Assembly: GCA_963790475.1 (NCBI GenBank) | Contig: CAWBOS010000018.1 | Location: 1 to 10,244, forward strand | Direction of reading: 5' to 3' | DNA: 10,244 nt | Source: an uncultured delta proteobacterium | GTDB taxonomy: Bacteria; Desulfobacterota; RBG-13-43-22 | Shown here: piece after piece, positions 1 through 4,839 of the stretch | Layout of the letters: the number at the start of each line of letters is the position of its first letter | Position numbering within the stretch: the first letter of the stretch is position 1 | Notes under the pieces: model-generated | What the model saw: only the letters and a program-made list of their open reading frames with translations | What the model was told of the DNA's origin: nothing | Database searches by the model: none | Translations under genes and position numbers: made by a program

Positions 1-118
1 TGAGCGCCTCCTTCGCCCGCGGGCGATCATTTTCTGACTTTTCGAGTTCAGCAGTCCTCCGGCGAAGATGTTCCGGTTTCTGGATCAGTTGTTCTTCAGT
101 GGGAATCTCAGATTTCAT
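1..118 (-). CDS. Partial CDS (N-terminus only), probable coiled-coil leader of a PAS-containing signal-transduction protein
   Basis: Manual translation from ATG 118: MKSEIPTEEQLIQKPEHLRRRTAELEKSENDRPRAKEAL..., open to the window edge, with in-frame TAA at 124-122. Resembles the 'MKDxxKTKEQLIxELxxLRxRIAELExxExERKRAEEAL' leader common on deltaproteobacterial PAS sensor kinases and GGDEF/HD-GYP proteins. Not in the ORF track. Confidence 0.55.
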   Translation of the reverse strand, partial: MKSEIPTEEQLIQKPEHLRRRTAELEKSENDRPRAKEAL

Positions 119-212
119 CTTTTACTTTTCCAATTTCCAGTAGGCTTTCGGACAGGATTGATCGTTTTTTTATCGGCCACCGGAGAAACCCATATGAACG
201 ACAGGTGGTCAT
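108..212 (-). CDS. Possible 34-aa small protein (MTTCRSYGFLRWPIKKRSILSESLLEIGKVKDEI)
   Basis: ATG 212-210 overlaps the upstream TGA (ATGA coupling) and has AGGAGG (225-220) 7 nt upstream. TGA stop at 110-108 lies just past the next ATG (118). No recognisable homology. Confidence 0.35.
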   Translation of the reverse strand: MTTCRSYGFLRWPIKKRSILSESLLEIGKVKDEI

Positions 213-412
213 CGGCTATCCTCCTGGTTTCCATTTTTAATTCTATTCTTAAACCAAATCTCAATATCGTTACGGTCAAACCGCCAATGCCTGCCGATTT
301 TTGTCCCGGGGATCTGACCTTCGCGGCAAAGTTTATAAATGATCGACTTAGGGATTCTCAACCATCTCGATACTTCATCCGCTTTGAGAACTTCATCTTT
401 AAAATGTCTCAT
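209..412 (-). CDS. Small helix-turn-helix DNA-binding protein, HTH_17 (excisionase/BldC-like, MerR-related) family
   Basis: 67 aa; 'VLKADEVSRWLRIPKSIIYKLCREGQIPGTKIGRHWRFDRNDIEIW' matches the family pattern LT..EVA..L.v...TIY.....G.IP..KIG..WRF....I..W. AAGGA RBS 6 nt upstream of the ATG. Confidence 0.9.
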   Translation of the reverse strand: MRHFKDEVLKADEVSRWLRIPKSIIYKLCREGQIPGTKIGRHWRFDRNDIEIWFKNRIKNGNQEDSR

Positions 413-477
413 AAAAATTCCTTTTTCTGGTAAAGGCCCGGAAAGCCCATTTTCCCAGTTACTTTCTCTTGTCTTTA

Positions 478-494
478 TAGCAACAATTAGGCCA
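478..494 (-). promoter_or_regulatory. Putative sigma54 (RpoN) -24/-12 promoter for the HTH gene
   Basis: Minus strand reads TGGCCTAATTGTTGCTA: GG-N10-GC spacing with TGGC and TTGCT cores (consensus TGGCAC-N5-TTGCW). Implies a start near 468, about 55 nt before the ATG at 412. Confidence 0.7.
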
Positions 495-562
495 TTAAAG
501 GTTTAAATGGTGAAATTAATGTTATTTTGGGGGGTTAAGGTATAGGTGAAGTCTGTGAGGGT

Positions 563-578
563 TGTGAATATTTTCAGA
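563..578. promoter_or_regulatory. Dyad TGTGA-N6-TCAGA, candidate regulator-binding site (CRP/FNR-like or enhancer site)
   Basis: TGTGAATATTTTCAGA is one mismatch from the CRP consensus TGTGA-N6-TCACA and lies in the AT-rich divergent intergenic region. Confidence 0.35.
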
Positions 579-603
579 AACAGATCATAATGAAGATAAT
601 CGG

Positions 604-627
604 ACAAATTTTGTATTATTTTGAACA
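604..627. promoter_or_regulatory. Candidate upstream activator sequence for a sigma54 enhancer-binding protein
   Basis: ACAAA-T-TTTGT palindrome (604-614) overlaps TGT-N10-ACA (612-627), about 135-160 bp upstream of the inferred sigma54 start, a typical UAS distance. Confidence 0.35.
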
Positions 628-673
628 AGAAATGAGTCGTTCTCAGGATCTTTAGAGTTGAGCAGGTGAGCTA

Positions 674-744
674 AGAAATGAATAGAGCTATCCTCCCTTT
701 TGGGGCAGATGCGCCTGACCTCGGATGATTGGCTCTATTTTTCT
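674..744. repeat. Long imperfect inverted repeat / stem-loop
   Basis: AGAAA(674-678)/TTTCT(740-744), AATAGAGC(681-688)/GCTCTATT(732-739), TCC(691-693)/GGA(723-725), GGGGCAG(702-708)/CTGaCCTC(715-722). Confidence 0.65.
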
Positions 745-746
745 CC

Positions 747-775
747 TTGACCGTGTCTTTTTCTTTCCTTATACT
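747..775 (+). promoter_or_regulatory. Putative sigma70 promoter of the minor pilin operon
   Basis: TTGACC (747-752), 17-nt spacer, TATACT (770-775); each box is 5/6 to consensus. Implies a start near 782 and a ~145-nt leader. Confidence 0.7.
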
Positions 776-927
776 TTTTATTAAAGAAGGAAATTCAGGT
801 TAACCATTAAAGAATATTAAAGTTCTCTTGGGATCTTTCGATGAAGAATGAATGAAGAATAAGATAAATTCTATCCCGGCGACCGCTCATTCTTAAAGAG
901 CTGAATGACGAGGTATCCAACTCGATT

Positions 928-1392
928 ATGGCCATAAAAAACAATTCCGGTTTTACTATTATTGAGCTGATTGTTGTTATTGCCGTGATAGGCATTTTAG
1001 CGGTAATTGCCATCGTTTCTATCGGAAACCCTCGGGGGTCTCAAGCCATTGCCGAAGCGGAGGCCCTGAAGGCCAACCTGAGGTTTACCCAATCCAAAGC
1101 CATGAGTGATCTGCCGGGAAATACCTGGGGCTTGAATATCACTTCGTCCGATTATACGATTCAGCGAAATGGAGGGGTGCCCAATCCCCCGGTCAACCTT
1201 CCCGGCTCGAATTCAGGGACCTACACCCTGCCCACCGGCCAGACGATCACCTCTGGGACCGGACTGATCCGGTTCAATTTCCGGGGGCAGCCGGTCGATG
1301 CCTCGGGAAGCCCCCTGGCGGCCAATTATACTATTACAGTCAATAGCGCCCCCCAGGTCACCGTCACCCGGGAGACGGGATTTGTTCCATGA
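928..1392 (+). CDS. Type IV minor pilin / pseudopilin, FimU/GspH/MshC-like
   Basis: Class III signal G|FTIIELIVVIAVIGILAVIAI; 'AEALKANLRFTQSKAM' helix, 'IRFNFRGQP' and C-terminal 'VTVTRETGFV' are typical of GspH/FimT/MshC. Confidence 0.88.
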   Translation: MAIKNNSGFTIIELIVVIAVIGILAVIAIVSIGNPRGSQAIAEAEALKANLRFTQSKAMSDLPGNTWGLNITSSDYTIQRNGGVPNPPVNLPGSNSGTYTLPTGQTITSGTGLIRFNFRGQPVDASGSPLAANYTITVNSAPQVTVTRETGFVP

Positions 1393-1826
1393 ATAAGTGT
1401 GGTCTAAACCAAACTTGGGGCTTCACCCTCATCGAACTGGTCATCACCATAGCCCTGGCCGGGATTGTCATGATGATGATTATGCCCTTTTTCCAATCCG
1501 GCATTACCACCAGCCACCTGCCCGCCCAGCGGCTTCAGGACGCAGTGACCCTTCAACGGGTCATGGAAAGCATAAACGGGGCCTATGGAAAGGGCCTCAA
1601 GGACACAGCATCTCTGAATACTCTTTCTGCTGCTATCGGTTCAGCCGGGTCTTCGCCTAACAACCAGTTCGGCGCCTATACCGTTTTGGAAAACAGTTTT
1701 ATCACTTTTCAGAATAACGGGAACGAACAAGCAGGGGGCACGCTTATTTTAAAAGTAACCATCTGCAGCCCGTCCACCCCCGGCCATCAATTAACCCAGC
1801 TTTTTACCGTGCAGGTCCTCCATTGA
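1389..1826 (+). CDS. Type IV minor pilin / pseudopilin, PilV/GspI/MshD-like
   Basis: G|FTLIELVITIALAGIV prepilin motif with E5; ATGA overlap with the upstream gene; short globular domain ending in two beta strands. Confidence 0.85.
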   Translation: MNKCGLNQTWGFTLIELVITIALAGIVMMMIMPFFQSGITTSHLPAQRLQDAVTLQRVMESINGAYGKGLKDTASLNTLSAAIGSAGSSPNNQFGAYTVLENSFITFQNNGNEQAGGTLILKVTICSPSTPGHQLTQLFTVQVLH

Positions 1827-1836
1827 TCGAGGGTTC

Positions 1837-2361
1837 ATGACCTTACTTCCAGAGCAAAAAGGTTTCACCCTTATCGAGCTCATCGTGGTCATGGTCGTCC
1901 TGGGGATACTGATGTCGGTTGGACTCTTCGGGCTCCAACGGGCTATGGACGGCTATAATCTGGCCCGGGCCAGCGCCACATCCACGCAAAAGGCCCAAAT
2001 CGCCCTGGATCGCATCACCATCGAACTGTCCCATATCACCAGCTTGGCAGGTGCAGGTTATAACATTTTGGCCGGGACCGGGAACAGTATTACCTATACC
2101 TCTAACTTCGATGTGACGGACCCCCCCCCCCGCCACTCCATCGATCAAAATGCGAACCTAGTCCGGCTGGATACCGATGACACAAAACCGCTTATTGACG
2201 GGGTGATAACCAACGGGCTGCAATTCACCTATTTTGACGGCAACGGCAATTCGGTGGCAGCCACCAGTACGGACATGCACCTGATCGGAATTGCTTTAAC
2301 CGTCCAGGTGACTTCCACTGCGACCCGAACGTTTAACGCCCGGGTAGCGTTGCAGCAATAA
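1837..2361 (+). CDS. Type IV minor pilin / pseudopilin, PilW/GspJ/MshO-like
   Basis: KG|FTLIELIVVMVVLGIL; 'AQIALDRITIEL' helix and 'LQFTYFDGNG...LIGIALTV...F...V' C-terminus are typical of J-type pilins. GGAGG RBS upstream. Confidence 0.88.
   Translation: MTLLPEQKGFTLIELIVVMVVLGILMSVGLFGLQRAMDGYNLARASATSTQKAQIALDRITIELSHITSLAGAGYNILAGTGNSITYTSNFDVTDPPPRHSIDQNANLVRLDTDDTKPLIDGVITNGLQFTYFDGNGNSVAATSTDMHLIGIALTVQVTSTATRTFNARVALQQ
2121..2131 (+). repeat. C11 homopolymer tract inside the J-like pilin gene
   Basis: ga-CCCCCCCCCCC-g, read in frame as GAC CCC CCC CCC CGC (DPPPR); longest homopolymer in the window. Confidence 0.95.
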
Positions 2362-2391
2362 GCTATGTTAGAAAACAGGAGATGGCAAACT

Positions 2392-4098
2392 ATGATCGCA
2401 CCCAACAACCCCAAAGGGTTTTCCCTCATCTATCTTATCGTTATCATGTTGGTCCTGGCCGCCATAGGGGCCGCCATTTATTCCTTCACCACCAGTACCT
2501 CTTATACGGAATTGGCGGAAAATAATCGAAACCGCGCCTACCAGTTGGCCGTAGCGGGGATGAATTACGCCGCGGAGGAATACGCCGCCGGGGTCGATTT
2601 AGCCAGTACCCAATTCCGAACCAAGACCTATACCCTGGCCAATAACCGGGGCCAGATCACTTATACCGTCAACCTGGTTACCGGCTCCTTAATCCCCTAC
2701 TATGATGTCACATCCATCGGGACCGTAAATGGTAACGATGGGTTACTTCTGGCCCGGGCCCAGGTCCGGTCCAGCAGCAAGCCCGGTACGCCCAATTATT
2801 TTTCCTCTGGGCCTCCGAACAATGTCATCATCCTGTCCGATACCATGAACGATACCAGCGGTTTCGTAAGCCAAGACCTTAAGGATGCCCATAACAACAC
2901 CATGGTCAGCATTCAGGGTTACATTTCCACCAGCGGCACGCATATGTACTGGGCCGCCTTTACCAACACGGGAGCCTATCCGGGAACCTATCCGGTCACC
3001 GACTGGGACAACCCAGGCTGCACCATGGGTTTTCATGTGGCCCGAATCAACAATAATGCCGCCAATAAACTCGACAAATCCTGGACAGACAACGGCTATG
3101 TCAATTACGACACCCAGACCAAGGTCGGCTGGTATGTGGGCCTTCAGGCGGCCGTCTCCGGGATCACTTTCCGCTGGACCGAAACGGCCCACAACTCCGG
3201 CCTGTTTCAGGGCTACGGCCTGGCTTTCATGCGCTATACCTACAACCCTTCCGGCAGCGCCCCCGACTGCGGGTCCGAGTATGACTATATCCCCAACAGC
3301 ATCAAGCCCCCAGGACGGGCCTATGAGCTGCTCCTGGTCTTATGGGAGCAGCGGGTGGTAGGCGGGGTGGAAAAGCGGCGCTGGCTGGCCTATGCCGATC
3401 TGGGCACCCCGGCACTCTGGGGCGCCGGCACCCCCAGCGGCAATGATGTGAAGGTTCTCGGGGCTCAGAATTGGACGGACGGTCTGGTGAGTGATGATTC
3501 CCTGGTCCAGGTCCGGGTCAAAGATAACTGGGTGGCGGGCCAGCGGGTCAATGAGATCATGATCTTTTACGCAGACAATTATGATGGTCTGCGGACCCCC
3601 AATTCAGTGGCCACCGATATCACCCGGAAACGGATGTCGCCGCAATGGGTCGCCCCGACTCTCTTTCCCACCTGGCCTTCCAATAAATTCGACTGGTTCA
3701 ATTATACCGACAGCGGAACTCCCTATTCCATCTATAACTTCTGGGTTCCGGATTATGTGACGACGACCGACCCGACCTACTACGATTATTTCACCCTGGT
3801 CAGCGGGTCGAACTATATCGGGCCGCAGTTGCCTGCGACCACGCCGATAGCGACTCCGGTGAAATTGATCCTCAACCCCTCTTACGCCGATACCCGGTCC
3901 GATACCAGCAGCCCTCCCAGTAACACCGATCTGGTGACGCTGCTGCCTGATAAGGCCACGCTGCGCACCTACAAGTTTGCCCTGAACGCCTTTCCCGATT
4001 GGAACCAGGAGGTCGGTCTCGTTGCCATGGGAAATTTAAATGCATCTGACAAGGTGGTGGCCTTTGATGATTTCGCCGTTCAAATTTTGGGCCGATAA
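2392..4098 (+). CDS. PilX/GspK/MshP-like minor pilin fused to a large C-terminal putative adhesin (lectin-like) domain
   Basis: Start moved to ATG 2392 (AGGAG at 2377-2381). MIAPNNPKG|FSLIYLIVIMLVLAAIG lacks E5, as in K/PilX pilins; 'RAYQLAVAGMNYA' and 'VTSIG' are PilX-type motifs. Followed by a Ser/Pro linker and ~420 aa rich in W/Y/N/T/D ending 'EVGLVAMG...VAFDDFAVQ'. Confidence 0.82.
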   Translation: MIAPNNPKGFSLIYLIVIMLVLAAIGAAIYSFTTSTSYTELAENNRNRAYQLAVAGMNYAAEEYAAGVDLASTQFRTKTYTLANNRGQITYTVNLVTGSLIPYYDVTSIGTVNGNDGLLLARAQVRSSSKPGTPNYFSSGPPNNVIILSDTMNDTSGFVSQDLKDAHNNTMVSIQGYISTSGTHMYWAAFTNTGAYPGTYPVTDWDNPGCTMGFHVARINNNAANKLDKSWTDNGYVNYDTQTKVGWYVGLQAAVSGITFRWTETAHNSGLFQGYGLAFMRYTYNPSGSAPDCGSEYDYIPNSIKPPGRAYELLLVLWEQRVVGGVEKRRWLAYADLGTPALWGAGTPSGNDVKVLGAQNWTDGLVSDDSLVQVRVKDNWVAGQRVNEIMIFYADNYDGLRTPNSVATDITRKRMSPQWVAPTLFPTWPSNKFDWFNYTDSGTPYSIYNFWVPDYVTTTDPTYYDYFTLVSGSNYIGPQLPATTPIATPVKLILNPSYADTRSDTSSPPSNTDLVTLLPDKATLRTYKFALNAFPDWNQEVGLVAMGNLNASDKVVAFDDFAVQILGR

Positions 4099-4180
4099 GA
4101 AGGAGTATTTCACGGAATTCTCAATTCCGGGGTTAGAAGCGGAATAAATAAAAAGGGTATTTACCCTGGTGAGGTGAACG

Positions 4181-4411
4181 ATGAATTTTTTAAAATTAAA
4201 AATAACCGGGATTCTTCTGGGAGGGTTTTTGTTCTTGTGGGCCAGTGGCGGGCAGGCCTTGATATCCCCGGAGCATTACGAGAGGCTGAAAATGCAAAAC
4301 AAGCAGAAAACCAAGGTAACCGAAAAAGTTCAACCGCAGGTGCCTGTCAAAATCCAGGTCCATCAGTCGGGCGAAGGCCGTCCCCCCGCCGGCAAAGCCG
4401 GGCAGAAGTAG
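4181..4411 (+). CDS. Small hypothetical exported protein (76 aa)
   Basis: GAGGTG RBS at 4171-4176; Sec-type signal peptide MNFLKLKITGILLGGFLFLWASGGQA followed by a basic K/Q/P-rich mature part. Confidence 0.65.
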   Translation: MNFLKLKITGILLGGFLFLWASGGQALISPEHYERLKMQNKQKTKVTEKVQPQVPVKIQVHQSGEGRPPAGKAGQK

Positions 4412-4468
4412 TTATTAAACGGTGTGCTCGAAATAGCGGCCTTGCTCCATTTTTAAAAAAATCAACAA

Positions 4469-4601
4469 TGATGGACTCATAAGAAGTCGTCATTCCCCGC
4501 AGGCGGGAATCCAGGCCCTGCATAATCAAATAAAATACTGGATTCCCGTTTTCACGGGAATGACGCAAATGGGCTTTCTGCCACTTTTTGCGAACTTGTC
4601 A
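4469..4601. mobile_element. MITE-like non-autonomous element with 19-bp imperfect terminal inverted repeats and duplicated flanks
   Basis: TGATGGACTCATAAGAAGT (4469-4487) vs ACTTTTTGCGAACTTGTCA (4583-4601): 11/19 complementary, and all 8 differences are transitions. TCAACAATGA is directly repeated at 4462-4471 and 4599-4608. Confidence 0.7.
4488..4565. repeat. REP/REPIN-like doublet of ATTCCC-N7/8-GGGAAT (dRS3-like) palindromes
   Basis: CGTCATTCCCCGCAGGCGGGAATCCAG (4488-4514) and its inverted copy CTGGATTCCCGTTTTCACGGGAATGACG (4538-4565), separated by a 23-nt spacer. Confidence 0.88.
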
Positions 4602-4839
4602 ACAATGAAGCCTTGATAAAAAAACCAATCGGCAGCCATTCTGACCTTTGCCACCGGCATCAGCCATTTATAAGGCAAAACCAGGGTTTCATATTCTCTT
4701 TTCCCCTCTCCCGGCCTTATTCCATATCTTGTATAATGATTTTAAAATTATACCAGATATGGAGTTTTTTCTTGACTTTTCTCTTTTTTGAAAGTACACA
4801 ATATTTAAGCCGAAAAGTCTTCATTGACAAAGGAAAACC

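Noticed and set aside
165-171. A7 slippery site (minus strand) fusing the 34-codon ORF to the downstream gene
   Set aside because: The downstream frame has TAA at 124-122, so a shift here could not produce a fusion.
209-412. Prophage or ICE boundary implied by an excisionase-like gene
   Set aside because: No integrase, tRNA, att repeat or phage gene in the window; stand-alone HTH_17 genes are common.
68-433. 121-aa + strand ORF
   Set aside because: Antisense shadow of the HTH gene and the downstream minus-strand ORFs; no motif and no clear RBS.
413-927. c-di-GMP-I/GEMM or c-di-GMP-II riboswitch upstream of the pilus genes (also sought in 4412-4839)
   Set aside because: The ordered GGCAAA...GAAA...GACGCAAAGC core was not found on either strand; only isolated GGCAAA words occur.
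807-1013. 68-aa minus-strand ORF
   Set aside because: Its hydrophobic look is the antisense mirror of the pilin N-terminal helix.
2365-2391. Track start of the 577-aa ORF at ATG 2365
   Set aside because: AGGAG lies downstream of this ATG; ATG 2392 gives a 9-residue prepilin leader like those of the neighbouring pilins.
4488-4565. CRISPR repeat or integron attC site
   Set aside because: Only two units, inverted rather than direct, with no spacer array, cas or intI gene, and no RYYYAAC/GTTRRRY ends.
4732-4802. Sigma70 promoter for pilM (TATAAT 4732-4737; TTGACT 4772-4777)
   Set aside because: A promoter in this gap is plausible, but TATAAT has no -35 partner and TTGACT pairs only with TACACA at 17 nt; not strong enough to call.
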